A DNA stretch of 64,000 bases from Octopus sinensis (lineage: Eukaryota). The notes below the pieces were generated by a model. The model made no database searches. It was not told the origin of the DNA and worked only from the letters and a program-made list of their open reading frames with translations. Below, piece by piece: positions 23,863 to 38,524 of the stretch (position 1 is the stretch's first letter; every line of letters begins with the position of its first letter). Position numbers and translations under genes: made by a program. The stretch is from contig NC_043000.1 of assembly GCF_006345805.1 (NCBI RefSeq), positions 98,642,001 through 98,706,000 of the forward strand, given 5' to 3'.

Positions 23863-23913
23863 TCACCACTGGTAATGCTTACGGTATAGACGAAACTAGG
23901 CCTAGTTTGGTGA
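23863..23913 (+). ncRNA. Degenerate type I hammerhead inside a ~280-bp unit flanked by (TA)n (23821-24102)
   Basis: Perfect 6-bp stem I tcacca/tggtga; core ctggtaa (two A/G transitions from CTGATGA); GAAA 23892-23895; 12-nt palindromic stem III actaggcctagt; GUU triplet. Confidence 0.6.
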
Positions 23914-24099
23914 TCCTAAAGACGGTCATGGGGCGGTTATCTCCCCTCTCAATATATGTGTATTATGTGTATACTGCGCTCTTCTTACAGTATTAAGAGT
24001 ATTTTAACACTTATTTCTAGCAATGTAGATGCTTCGGCATCCTTAGCCACTCCTAGTGACGATTAAATTTTCCTTTATGTTATTGCATTGTGCCTAGCT

Positions 24100-24142
<43 letters not shown>

Positions 24143-25344
24143 GACATATATACACATATACAGATACGCACACATAACTGTCATGACAATTTAATATAGA
24201 ATAAAATTACTAAGACTTTTATATGAGTAAAAAAAGCAATCATGAGTGTTCTGTTGCTTACTCGGTGTTTTTCGAGAATGCTTCAAGTTTCACAGGCTGG
24301 AGCAATTCACTAATATTAAAGTCGTCAGGAAAAACTGGATAGAAAATGGATTTTTAGAGAAATAGTTTTGGATCACAAAGACTGCAATTGCTGAATAAAC
24401 TTGCCCTTGAACGCATTAGCAGTATAGTAAATTGGAATAGCAACCGACAGAGTGAGGAGTCGCCCTATCGACTGCTCGTAGAGGAGTAAAATATTCTAAC
24501 TGGGCATTTGATCTGGATAGCTGTAAGTAGATGCTTGACTGAATGTTTCATCTATCTATCTGTCTATCTACCGACTTACCTGTATGTCTGTCTGTTTATA
24601 TTTTGTTTTTGGTTAGTCAGTTAGTGTAGCTGTAACGCCTAATAATAAACAAGTCATACATGAGAGTGAACTGATCATTCACAGACTAAGAGAATTCTGA
24701 TAATATCTATACTCGATCATGAGTGATTGAAACGAAGTATTAAAACATAGCAATGATGAAATTAGGATATGAAATCAGATGAGGATAAAGATGAAGTGCT
24801 CACCGTTTTTTTCAAGAAGAAAGACGCAAATTCAGGCATCTAGTAGAATTCACAAAATGAAAATTTTAACAACTGGAACAATATCCTCATCATACAAGAA
24901 ACGGTAGCATTCCAAAACTTTAAAAACCTACAGTCGGTCTAGTTTTCATAAAATATTTCCTAAAGTGGGTTGAAATCGCATCAATACCTAATTAGATTAG
25001 CAAACAAAGGAAACAGATTGTTTGAGAGCAGATTTTCAACAGTTGAGCACTTTCAGACCATTAACCAAATTAGATAACTAGTGTGTTTAGGTAATGTTGA
25101 ATATGAGAAAGTTTGCGATTGCTTTAAAATCGCAACAGTTGTTGAAACATTTTTGATCAAGCAATACATGAAATTATGATGGAACTAATTCACAGAGTCG
25201 TTAGTGTACTACAGAGAACGCCTTAATTTCAAAACTAATCAAAGAAACTTTATCTTTAATTTCTTCAGGATTGATAATTAAAGTACCATTGAAGTTTTTG
25301 ATTTCTTTCGCTACTCTCTCTCTCTCTTTCGTTCTCTCCCTGGA

Positions 25345-26070
25345 GTCGGTTATGTGAAAAGACCAAGTCTGCCCTAATAATCATTTCACTACTTGACACA
25401 AGAAAGTTATCTACTGGATGGATCCTAAGAACATTCAGAACCAGAGATAAGCAAACCATGATGGTCCTCTGGCGGACATTCGTCCTCAGCCACCTGGATT
25501 ACTGCTCACAGCTATGGTCACCCACCAGTATGAAGCAATCCGGAGAAGATTCACAAAGAAGATCGTCTCTTTGCAACAGCTCAGCTACTGGAATAGGTTG
25601 AAACAGCTAAAACTCCACTCACTGGAAAGAAGACGGGAGAGGTATACAGTAATATATATCTGGAAGATTCTGGAAGGAACTGTGCCAAATTTTAGCACTG
25701 AAAGCTACACCAATGCCAGAACCGGACGACACTACATAGTGTCAATGATCCCAGCGACGCCATCGCGCTTCAGGACCAGTTACTGCAACAGCTTGGGTTG
25801 CAGGAGCCCACAGCTTAATATTCGCCCAAAGCGTATGAGGAACCTGCACAAAGTAGATGTAGGGGTTTTAAAATCAAAGCTGGATCTCTTCTTGTCGAGA
25901 GTCCCAGATGAACCTACCTCACGGCAAGAGGTGCAAATGAGAGTAGCTATATCAAACTCCATTCTTCACCAAGTGCCATATATTAGAGGAGGCTCTTAGT
26001 AATAACAGTGTAGCAAAACGGCGGTGCATCAGCATGGCCGAAGCTCTAAGCTGAAACTAGAGAGTAAAAA
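25345..26070 (+). mobile_element. 3' end of CR1/L2-group LINE
   Basis: GWILRTFRTRDKQTMMVLWRTFVLSHLDYCSQLWSP and YWNRLKQLKLHSLERRRERYTVIYIWKILEG...KSKLDLFLSRVPDEP (ORF 25514-25999). Confidence 0.8.
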
Positions 26071-26776
26071 AATATAGATTATTGAGAGAATGTATAGCTA
26101 AAGAACATCATGTATAAAACTTCATACTGAAAGAGAAAAGATCAATATTGAGAAGAGGAAATTATATCGTTAAATCTCTTTAATGTTGCACTGGGTGGCA
26201 TCTGGAAAATCTTATCGGGAATGAAAAAGGTATAAGTAGAGTGAATGGTTTTAAGCCATTACCGCTTTGCTTATGACATATACTAACGACTTCTAAAATG
26301 TTCTTGTAACCTAAAACAATTTCAAGGTAACAGAAAAATGACGATAAGAAGGCGAGATTAAAAATAAATATGAAGAAAATCCATCGTGTTTAATAGCTAA
26401 GCAACAACTAATTATCAAATTCGACTGTGAGGAGCATTTTTCCCGGCGTGCTAACGATTCTTCAAACTTGCCGCCTTAGCACGCATCCATATATTAAAAA
26501 CACATATTTCCTTCCTGCTTAGCTCACTTTTAAATTAGGGTTATACTGTAATGCTTGTATATATATATTTATATGTATACGTATGCGTACTTACGGATAA
26601 ATATATCTATATTATAATACATATTCATACACGAGGGGACGCATATTGTATATACAAACATATACATAAATATACCTATGCTTATATGAGGAGCCGTGCA
26701 TATGCATAACACTTATAACTATACACACACACACACGCACACACACACACGCACACACACACGCACACACACACAC

Positions 26777-26813
<37 letters not shown>

Positions 26814-26944
26814 GCACATGTGTACAAATATATATTATTGATCGCAATTACACAATATATCTGCGATCGATAACGTTTACATTGCTGCTTTTAATTTACT
26901 ATTATTGTTATGTGTTTGTGTGTGCGTGTGTATGTATGTGTGTA

Positions 26945-26980
<36 letters not shown>

Positions 26981-27792
26981 TGTGTGTGTGTGTATGTGTA
27001 TACTTATCCATACACATACATGCATGTGTAGTGGTTATTATATTCTTTATTTCATATTGCAGTATACAGCTTACTGAACTTGACACTAGACTAATTATTT
27101 TAATAAGCATGTACTATAAGCAGATATTTAAGGTATATTTTCTGCATATATGCCTAATATCGTCTTTTTAGAGTCAAAATTTTCTGCCATAAGTAATAAA
27201 TATCATTAATAAGTATATTTTAGAAGAAAACTGAAAGAAAGCAATAGCGATAAGGTATATAAAATATTCAATAAACACAGAGAAAACAGACCAATGAGAT
27301 GTAAAAGTGAATAATGGTGGTACAAATAACAATAGGTTAAGCCGCAACAATGCAGATGACCTGAAGTTCAAAAGTTGAAACAAACAAAACAATATTAGAG
27401 AACATAAAAGTATGCACATTAAAATTTCATACTTGGAGCTGGAGGCATTTAAGTTTACAAAAAAGCTCAATGGAAGCAAGAATTGAGATTAGAAAGCAGA
27501 GTATAGAAAACCACGCCTACGTATTAAAAAAAGAACTCTCTATCAATTGATACTGTGAAACTATGTCAATGATCACTACGTACAAAAGCGACAGAAATGA
27601 TAATATAGATAGTTAAATTGGCATTCCCTACAAGTATTTCCATATACTTGCATACTTGGAAACACAAATATATCTATACATACGTACAAACGTACACACA
27701 CACACACGCGCGCGCACATACACTGACCGTGTTTATATGCATAGATACATGTGCATGCGTGTGTGTATCTATCTATATTTATATAACTTCAT

Positions 27793-27825
<33 letters not shown>

Positions 27826-27920
27826 CATAGATACATATATATATTATATATATGTATATATATATATAATATATATATAATATATATATATATATACAGA
27901 TAGATACATATATACACACA

Positions 27921-27963
<43 letters not shown>

Positions 27964-28083
27964 TTATGTATATTTGTGGATATATGTCTATGTAGAACAA
28001 TGAAGAAATAAGTGATATAGGTATCTACTTTATATAGCTGAACCGATTAGCACTCTGATAGAGCTTCAGGAATATAGAATTAA

Positions 28084-28748
28084 GGAGAGGAGAAAACAAG
28101 TTCAAAGGCCGATGTATATATTCATTCAATCCATATTAACGAAATTCTCCATTGTATACAAAGTACATACATAGATGCAGTCATCTATATGATATATAAA
28201 AAATTTCCAAGAATTTATAAATACATACATATACACGAAAATTTATAAATATATAAAAATTCATGCACATGTAAAAATTTAAAACATAAAAATTCGTAAA
28301 TATAAATATATAAAAGTCCATAAATGTACTTGCGAAGTCCGAATGAAGAGGATAATAAGGCGGATGTACAATGATTCATAAGGAGTATTGCTATGGTTGG
28401 AGTTAGCTCACACATAGCAACCTATATGTTTTCGAAACGGCCGTAAGACTTTATACATAGACTTTATACATGTTCCAACTCCTTATGAATCATTTTACAT
28501 CCGCTTTATCATCCTCTTCATTCGGACTTCGCAAGTACATTTACAGACTTACACTTTTATATATCTATATTTATGAATTTTTATGTTTTTGTAAATTTCT
28601 ATATGTGTATGAATTTTTATATATTTATAAATTTTCGCGTATATGTATGTATTTATAAATTCTTAGAATTTTTTTATATATGATATAGATGATTGATATT
28701 GTTTGAATGAATATATACATCGGCCTTTGAATTTGTTCTCTCCTCTCC
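28084..28748. repeat. Fold-back inverted repeat (arms ~28084-28386 and 28478-28748) with a hammerhead remnant spanning the left arm and spacer
   Basis: Arms are reverse complements apart from a ~50-bp indel; the spacer holds GAAAC ggcc GT A agactt (28434-28451). Confidence 0.85.
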
Positions 28749-28757
28749 ATAGTTTTA

Positions 28758-28820
<63 letters not shown>

Positions 28821-29211
28821 TTACATAATATCGAGGTTTCTTTCATTCTTTTGTTGTCTTACCATTTTTATCAATATATATATATATTATATATATATAT
28901 TCGTTTGTTCTTTTACTCTCTTACATGTTTCAGTCATTTTACAGAAGCCATACTGGAACACTGCCTTTAGTCGAACAAATCGACCTCAGGATTTGTTCTT
29001 TATAAACTTATTATTTTATCGTTCTCTTTTGCCGAGCCGATAAGCTACGGGAACGTAAACAAACCAACATCGGTTGTCAAATGATGGTGTGGGACAAAAC
29101 ACAGACACACAAATACATACATACATACATATATATAAATGTATGTATTTATATATAGCCAAGTATGTATGTATTTGGGTGTCTGTGTTTCGTCCCCTAC
29201 CATATATATAT

Positions 29212-29246
<35 letters not shown>

Positions 29247-29283
29247 GGTAGACCGGGAAGTTAGTTTTGTAGGATCGAGAAAT

Positions 29284-29328
<45 letters not shown>

Positions 29329-30249
29329 ATAGGAGAGGCGAATGTGTTGGTAGCTTGTTGGTCGATAGAAAATTATTGTGAAGAGATTTTATTTGATTAG
29401 ATGAAGGAATTTTGTTAGCGTTTAGGGTTCAGTGAAGCGTGGAGTAACTATGAAAACAGGTGTGCCGAATTCAAGCCATTCAAATTTAGATTCCAATACA
29501 CTTGGTGCAGGAAGTTGGATATTTTGCGTTTGTGGAAGAAAGTTTAAAGATAAAATAGGTGATCACACTATATAATCCAAAATGAAGTTAAATTAGTGCT
29601 AGTGTTATTAGGTTTCTGTTAAGAAATTATCAACTGACTGTTTTGGGAAGGCTATGATGGGGGGGAATGGTGAGAATGACTTCAAAGTTTGGGCCTGCTA
29701 GCCTTCACTGGACTGTGCAGGCCGGCATTTCGATGACCTTGTCACCACTCTTCTTGTATATGTATATATATGTATACAAAAAATTTTCAGTAATCCTTCA
29801 GTTTAATGTAAAATTGTTATTATAACTTGACATAAAAAACAAACATCAACACACACAAGCACACAAATATCTGTTAGCTTTACCTTATTTCAGTCGATGG
29901 ACGGCGGCTATACTGGGGCACTGTCAAACGAATCGTCCCCAAGGGTTATGCTTTTGTTTTGTCGAACCGCTACGTTACAGGGACTTAAACTTATACCAGT
30001 TTTCTAGCGGTGTGAGGACGTCACAAACAACAGGCTATGGAAAAAGACACCAGCCCGAGGTTCAACACAATAGAACTGAACTGCGAAGCAGACTTCTTAC
30101 CACATAGCCATATATGTATATAGATAAGGAAAGAAGGGGAATTGAATCTTAAATTGGCTAACTGTGACCAACATTGCAAAAGTTCAAGCAGTAACAATGC
30201 ATTGATTCACAGATCAAAAGTCAACAAACATAAGTAATATAACCAATAT

Positions 30250-30430
30250 AGAAAAATGTTTGTTACCGTATTTAAATCAGTCAACCTCAAAATTACAATA
30301 AACCCAAGTCTAAAAATAGAGAGCTATTTTGATAAAGCTATACTTTCTGTAACAATAACCATCTGTGGAAAACTGTACTGGCGAACATTACCCATTAGAA
30401 ACCAAAGGAAATCACAACTTACGTAAATAA
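30250..30430 (+). mobile_element. Possible decayed PLE RT fragment
   Basis: FKSVNLKITINPSLKIESYFD and a frameshifted HYP..KPKEITTYVNN resemble the PLE LKITI..NFLD and PY.KP motifs. Confidence 0.35.
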
Positions 30431-30657
30431 TGTATTTATACATCGTCAAACTTTAAGTGCGTCGATGGAGAGATGGAGTGATGGAGAAAGAAAATAAATT
30501 ATGCTGTACATGACTGATACTGTGAAGGAGCGCTGACCTAGGCTTCATTTCAACTCAGACATCTGTAAGAAATACCAGGCATTTTAGACCATTCTTTAAG
30601 ATCGCTTTAATTTCGACTATATATATCTGTGTGTGTATTCATATACAAGCACACAGA

Positions 30658-30718
<61 letters not shown>

Positions 30719-30745
30719 ACACATGTATGTATATTTATATATATA

Positions 30746-31124
30746 GGTACAGGTTGTGTGGCTGTGGTAAAACGTTTGCTTCCTGTCGATATGGTTCCAG
30801 GTTCAGTCTCAATGCAAGTGACTTCTACTAGAGATCCGAGCCAACCAAGGCCTTGTGGGTGGGTATAGTGAGTAGATTTAGTAGACGGAAACTGAAAGAA
30901 GCCCGTCGTATATATGCATGTGTGTGTCTTTTTCGCTTGACATTTAGTACTGGTGGGTTTACGTCCCCGCGACTTAGCGGTTTGGCGAAGGAGACCGATA
31001 GAATAAGTCTCAAGCTTTGAAAAATATTCAAATACTGGGGTCGACTCGTTTGACTAAAAATACTTCAAGGTGGTGCCCTAGCATGGCCGCAGTTCAGTGG
31101 CTGAAATAAGAAAAAGATAAAAGA

Positions 31125-31125
<1 letters not shown>
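30746..31125 (+). mobile_element. SINE family B (tRNA-like head, CORE-like centre, internal (TG)n, gactgaaacaag-type tail)
   Basis: Homologous to 53315-53723 (-) and 63128-63466 (+), with partial copies at ~28910-29110, 35380-35470, 35860-36050 and 50000-50200. The accttgggcaagt CORE-like motif is clearest at 35412-35424 and 63127-63139. Confidence 0.75.
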
Positions 31126-31171
<46 letters not shown>

Positions 31172-31434
31172 CTGCGTGTGTGTGAGTACACATGCACAAA
31201 CAACAGTGTGATTGAACTCTGCATTGCTGAAAGTTTCCTAGATGCAGAGCATAAATTTTAAAATAGTTTGTAATTGAGAATATTTTAGCTTCCATTGGTC
31301 ATTCTCTCTCTTTCTCTCTCACACACACTCTCTCTCTTACTTCCTCTCTATCCTCATCTCCTCGCTTTTCCACTTTGAAGTGTGACACACAATAGGTATG
31401 TACAAAAATAAAAAGTAAGCATATCAATATTATT

Positions 31435-31492
31435 GATAATAATAATAATAATAATAATAACAATAACAATAACAATAATCATAATAATAATG

Positions 31493-31526
<34 letters not shown>

Positions 31527-31623
31527 CAACAACAACAATAATAATAATAATAATAACAATAACAATAATCATAATAATAATGATAATAATAATAATAATA
31601 ATAATAACAACAACAACAACAAC

Positions 31624-31660
<37 letters not shown>

Positions 31661-31672
31661 TTAATAATAATA
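31435..31672. repeat. Compound (AAT)n/(AAC)n microsatellite
   Basis: Directly visible. Confidence 0.95.
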
Positions 31673-31699
31673 AGGATTTTTTTCTTTTCATGGGAAGCT

Positions 31700-32053
31700 C
31701 GATTAATTAATTTTCTTTAACTAAATACTTTTAAACTTCGTATACTGGTAGAATGTGTCACATAGAACATCTTTTACTCTTAGCGTTGTTGAGAAAAACT
31801 TATATTTACGAAGTTATTTCATGTTAAAGTTGTCACCGCCGGAAGTTGTTGTCAAACAACAACAGTAATTTTATTGAGCTGAATACATGTCATTGATTGG
31901 TTGAAATTACCGAAATACGACAACTTTAACATGAAATAACTTCGTAAATATAAGTTTTTCTCAACAACGCTAAGAGTAAAAGATGTTCTACATGACACAT
32001 TCTACCAGTATCCGAAGTTTTAAAGTGTTTAGTTTAAAAAAATTAATTTATCG
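31700..32053. mobile_element. MITE-like element with ~135-bp terminal inverted repeats
   Basis: 31700-31834 is the reverse complement of 31919-32053. The arm sequence (ttttaaacttcgtatactggtagaatgtg) recurs inside the MITE at 44334-44748. Confidence 0.85.
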
Positions 32054-32080
32054 ACATGCCGATCAAAAGGAAAAGATCCA

Positions 32081-32223
<143 letters not shown>

Positions 32224-32879
32224 CCCTTCTACTATAGGCACAAGGCCTAAAATTTCGGGGAAGGGTTTAAGTCGATTACATCGACCCCAATACTTCCTTC
32301 TTTCTTTCTCTCTCTCCCTCTTTACACTCAAGTATAATTTGAAATACCAATGTCAGCTTGGGCAAAGATGTGTTTGTCTTTAATACTTTCATTCGCATCC
32401 ATGTCACAATTTTTGTTGGCATACCTTTTAGACAGATGAAAACGTTTGCTTTTCCAAACCAAAAAGAAGGCGGAATGAGAATTATTATAATGGAACTTGC
32501 TCGATATTCTGGTCTACCCTACGCACGGTGACAAGTGTTCGACAAAACATCAAAAATCAGCCATGCTCGGAAACTCTTGGCACATTTCGCACAAAGCTAA
32601 CTGACGGTGTCTCCGTACTCGTAGAGTTTGTTTTGAATCAGTAATGTCTGTCTGAAGCACTGTCAAATGAGGTATTTTTGAAAGTTAACCATTGATAGCA
32701 AGATGACACAGTCATTAAGGTGTCGAGTAGAATTCTTCACAAAATTTATTCCGACTATGTGCGCTATGTTTTCGAATTCCGTCTCGAGGTCAATTTTGCT
32801 TTTCATCCCTTCAGGGTTAATAAAATGTATCAGAACAAAATGTTTGCACTGGCAGAACTTTAAAAAGTCGACCAAATAC

Positions 32880-33521
32880 ATTTCAGGCAGTCAAATCAAT
32901 CTCAGTATCTGATTGATGGGAAAATAGCAACAGTTAGAAAGAGAAGGAAGTAAAAATAACGAAGAATTATACTTAATATTTCTCATATCATTTTTAACGC
33001 TTTAAATGATCTATTTGTTCCTGTTCTTTGCATTCTGAGATCAAATTTCACCTTCTGCTGTTAAGGAGGTAAGTTTTATCTGCCACGCGGTTTTAAACAA
33101 CTCCTTGGGGTCGTGGTTTTCTTCAACAGAATCCCCTCTAATGCAAGCATTTGGGTCTGGTAACCGGTTTAAAGGCTCTGGTAAGAATAATAACAACTAC
33201 CTTCCCTCGACCGAAATATCTCCGGAATAGACCACCCAAGTGATTTTCCTACTCAACTACGTACTCTTTTTGAATGTCGACGCTCTTACTCTCCATTCGC
33301 CTCATTCAGAACGCTGATGTGAAATATTTACTGACTGCATTACTTGACTCGTAAACTTACTAACTTTGACAAGATATTTTAAAAGAAAATTTCAGGCAGT
33401 CAAATCGATCCCAGTATGTAACTGAATGGAAAATAGCAACAGTTAGAAAGAGAAGGAAATAAAAGTAACGAAGAGTTATACTTAATATTTTTCATATCAT
33501 TATTAACGCTGTAAATGATCT
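32880..33521 (+). repeat. Diverged ~133-bp direct repeat (32880-33012 and 33389-33521)
   Basis: Both copies read atttcaggcagtcaaatc...gaaaatagcaacagttagaaagagaagg...aaatgatct. Confidence 0.85.
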
Positions 33522-35515
33522 TTCGATAATAATTTTTCAAACATTTAGTCCGTTATCGAAATATCATTATCATAAAAGTCTTTAACGTATTCATAAGAAT
33601 GCTATTAAAATATTAAATACATGCAACAAAATTATTATAAGACGTAGAATTTCCTCAGGTTTTGCTAGCAAATAACAATGAATAAATAACTAAAGCGTGA
33701 ACAAATATTTGCGAGAGAAAGTAATCGATAAAGTCTCTCCTGGCTCTCGACAAAGGCATTTTGTTAGGCGATCTAGTGATTATATTTGACGCTTTTATTA
33801 GTAAATTTTATCAGACACTGAATCGTCTTTATCAACCTTCCAGATTCTATTTATATATAATTAAAACATTTTGGACAATGACAATGATATTCAGGAGTCT
33901 GTGCTTAACTTTATAGCGGTATATTGATTCTTATACCGGCATATTGTTTCTAAGACTGATACATTGATTCCTATATTTTATTCGAGAAAGATTTCGTTAT
34001 CTACAACAAAGGAATATTCATAAAGTATAAACTTCTGAAGTGTTATAGATGGTTTTAAATGAATTTCAAAGCTAGTTGCTAACTGGCCAAAATATATCTA
34101 ATCATGCAAAATTTGAGAAGTGGAAAAACAAACCATATATTTGTGGTGTGGTAGGGTTATTTTATTTCATGCGTATAATTTTAACTGGAAGAGTCAATAG
34201 AATTATAAAAATCGATTCTTGGAACTCCATTCCAATACTCATTTCTCGACTCATCCAGTTGAAATTTTTGTGAATAAACAAGCCCATATATTTTTCGGAA
34301 GGATGAAGTTTATTATATCATTTCCCTATACGTGATCAATACATATTTTTTTATCGATCCTGTAAAAATGAAAATCAATGACAGATTGCTATCTGATCTG
34401 AGGACACACAAGGCTAGAGCTTTGAAAATATATTACGACACTGATTTCTGAAATAGTCACAAGACCACACATCCTGTTTTTGTTTTTAGATTATATTGAG
34501 ATCACTATATCGATCCCTCAATATATGTTTGGTATTTCGGTTATCAGGCTCTGCAGTATAAGAGACAACTGTGATAGCGGGAAGGCAAAGATGTATATAT
34601 TAATGATGGTCGAATTTTAGTGGATTATATCAACTTCATTAGTTAAAGTACTTAACTAGTAGTTGACTTTCTCAATTTCGGAAAGATAAATGGCTAAGTC
34701 AATTTCCAACTCATTTCAGTTCAGAATTTAAAGGAGCGAAACTTAAGTAACTTAATTTCGTAATAAGTTCTAAGGATTCTACCAATCCAGTGCCTCACTA
34801 CTACTACTACTACAACATCTTCACCCCACCATCAATACCCCCACCACAACTAGTAGTAGTAGTAGTTTCAATTTATGTACAAGGCCAGCAATTTTGAGGG
34901 GATGAGGTTAGTCGATACCCCCAACTCCTGTCATTCACTGGTTCTTTATGTTATCGATGATAATGAAGCAAAATACATTAAGTAATGGAAAAATATATGC
35001 GGTTAGATAAAAACAATGATATATTTTTTTCTACAGTTGTCTTCTCCTAGCCAACAAAAATGTATCTACAAGTTTACAGATCTACAGAGTCGGAGCTTAC
35101 ACATCACAGGCAGTTATATCAATAATATTAAATAGCAACAGTAAAGAGATGGTATTTATATGTACCAGAAACTACATGAGAGAATGTGAAATCGAGCAAT
35201 CTATACAGGTTTGTGTGTAGATTGCAAGACTAATCTTTCGGATATTGTTGCTGAAGACTGATACCCTTCAAAGTATCAGTCTCAATAAAACATAATCTAT
35301 CTCTAAAAGGAATTAAGATATAGAAGTAGAGATAATCAGAATGTGATGACTGAAAACATAAACAATTTGTTTCCCAAAAACATGGTTCCAGATTGGGTCC
35401 CACCGCGTGGCACCTTGGGCAAGTGTCTTCTATTATCGCTTAGAGCCGAGTGAGTGAATTTGAAAGAAGCCCATTATATATATATATATATATATAAAAT
35501 AAATGCGCCCTTTTA

Positions 35516-35737
35516 AAGCCTAGCCAGGCTCATGGACCCGGTTTCCCGGTTTCAATTGCGAATGATGGATGGGACGCCAGTCCATTGCAGCATTACTCAG
35601 TTTTGCCAGCTGAGTGGACTGGAGCAACCTGAAATGAAGTGTTTTGCTCAAGAGCACACACGTCGCCCAGTCCAGGAATCGAAACCACAATCTTACGATC
35701 ATGATGCCTACACCTAAACCACCAAGCCACGCGCCTC

Positions 35738-35740
<3 letters not shown>
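35516..35740 (-). mobile_element. tRNA-derived SINE (family C-related)
   Basis: Minus-strand head gtggaggcgcgtggcttggtgg...ggtttcgattcc; centre gagcaa..cact...gttgctccagtccactcagctg shared with 47290-47360. Confidence 0.7.
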
Positions 35741-35810
<70 letters not shown>

Positions 35811-36868
35811 ACTCATACCTAAAGATATATACATTTATATTAATGTGTGTTTTGTATCTGTTTGTCCCCCACCACCACTTGACAACCGGTGTTGGTATGT
35901 TTACGTCTCCACAACTTAGCTGTTCGGCAAAAAACACCGATAGAATAAGTAATAGGCTTAAAAAATTTCTGCGGTCAATTTCTTTGAATAAAACCCCTTC
36001 AAGGCGGTGCTTCAGTATGGCCACAGTCAAATGACTGAAACAAAAGATAATCGATAAAATCTGTATAATAATAGGTTCTCTGGGGATGATTAAAAGCATT
36101 CGGGTAAATATATAGTCAAAATTCTGGGAGTTACAAATATGCACAACATCAGAGAACTGTTGGAGCTCTAGACATATTAAAGTGAGTACTTTCAATATTA
36201 TAGAAAGTACCAAAACGAAACACTGCACTTATCGGCACACAGACCGAGGAGTGAAAACATGCAATTACCAAATGGCTACTGAAAAATGATATTCATAATG
36301 GTTTCGTATGCATACACATATATGCATACTGCCCAGATAATTTTTGAAGAAGGAAGTGAACGGTTGGGGAACAGGACTCCAAAAAATCATTGAAATAAGA
36401 CAATTTAGTCCTAGATATATTACGTTTGAATGAAAGCGGTAGTGGTTTGGCTTGACTAGCTTTGATCATATGTCTATTCGCTTGGAGCTAAACAATACCA
36501 AGTCTGTCATTCGGTTAATAATTTTGATAATACAAAATAATATACAATACTCACCATAATCTTGTTCGTTAGTTCCCTACAACTAGATTTACAGTGTATT
36601 AAGTCACAAAAAGAAATCAATAATATAAATAACTTTAGCTAGAATACGAAATGACATTCTCTCAGATGATGACATCATTGCTCGATTTTATATGTATGTA
36701 AACATTTTCTAAATGCAAATAAATTATAAGTTTGAATACAAAATTATATTTAGGCAAATAACTTTTCTTCGGTTTCATTTGTATGTAAATAATTTATAAC
36801 ACAAGAAAATATATTGCATCAAAGTGTTTCCTTATGATAGTTCTATAAACATTTCCATTATATTTTAT

Positions 36869-36914
<46 letters not shown>

Positions 36915-37385
36915 TATATATAAACCCATATATGTATATACGTATATATATATATATATTATGTAAACATTCCTGTTTAGGAGATATGTCTGATATTTTA
37001 AATTGTAACGTGGCTGACAGCTCCAAATCGCCGACATGTCTGCGAGGAATGTCTGTACGGGAAAACAGATAATAATTATTATAAAGGAAAAACAAACAAA
37101 ATTATGGTCGGAACGTCTCTACATTTCCTTGAATAACACCACAATTTATGGACCATGTGCATGTTTAAGCTGATTGCTATTATGCAAAGTGGTTAAGTTG
37201 TCTCGACTTCAATTTCAAGACTAAAACATATATTATCTTCCAATAGAAATTTGTAACAAACGGTCTGCGAAATAAAGATTCTTCACACATCATGAGGCAG
37301 TCATTCATTTCTAAATCAGCGCTTTTCACTTGTATATCGTCGTGATTGATACTGTTTATGTTTGCAACCCATCTGCTCTTTTCCA

Positions 37386-38080
<695 letters not shown>

Positions 38081-38144
38081 AATAATAATAATGATAATAA
38101 CAATAATTATAATGACGATAATAAAACGCTCTGATGCAGTACAA

Positions 38145-38392
38145 GGAACATTAACAAGTTCGAGAAATATGTCAGAGAAATCGGAACTGACATGAGAGCA
38201 GAACAAGCCCCCAAAACTTCTCTACTGGGTACAGCTAGAATTTTGATATTGGTACTGAGATGTTGGATGTCTTCCACGGTAATTAACAACCAAGTATCAA
38301 AGCTTATAACGTGTGGAAAAAAACTCGCAGAATCTACCAGAGCAAACAAGACTGAGTGCTCTGAGGTGTAAAACAACGACGATAACAACAAC

Positions 38393-38400
<8 letters not shown>
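38145..38400 (+). mobile_element. 3' end of R4/Dong-clade (restriction-like endonuclease) LINE
   Basis: ...FEKYVREIGTDMRAEQAPKTSLLGTARIL matches the REL C-terminus seen at 62100-62369; followed by an (AAC/AAT)n tail. Confidence 0.7.
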
Positions 38401-38468
<68 letters not shown>

Positions 38469-38524
38469 TCTAACCTTACTAGATAGGAACAGTTAGGAAA
38501 CCTTGCTAGTTAGGAACAGTTAGG

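Noticed and set aside
29700-29760. Minus-strand partial hammerhead (stem II, GAAA, gccggc)
   Set aside because: The core and stem I are lost at the (TA)n junction; too incomplete to call.
33030-33075. Strong donor gag|gtaagt with a possible micro-exon
   Set aside because: The upstream acceptor would be a non-canonical GAG and there is no supporting context.
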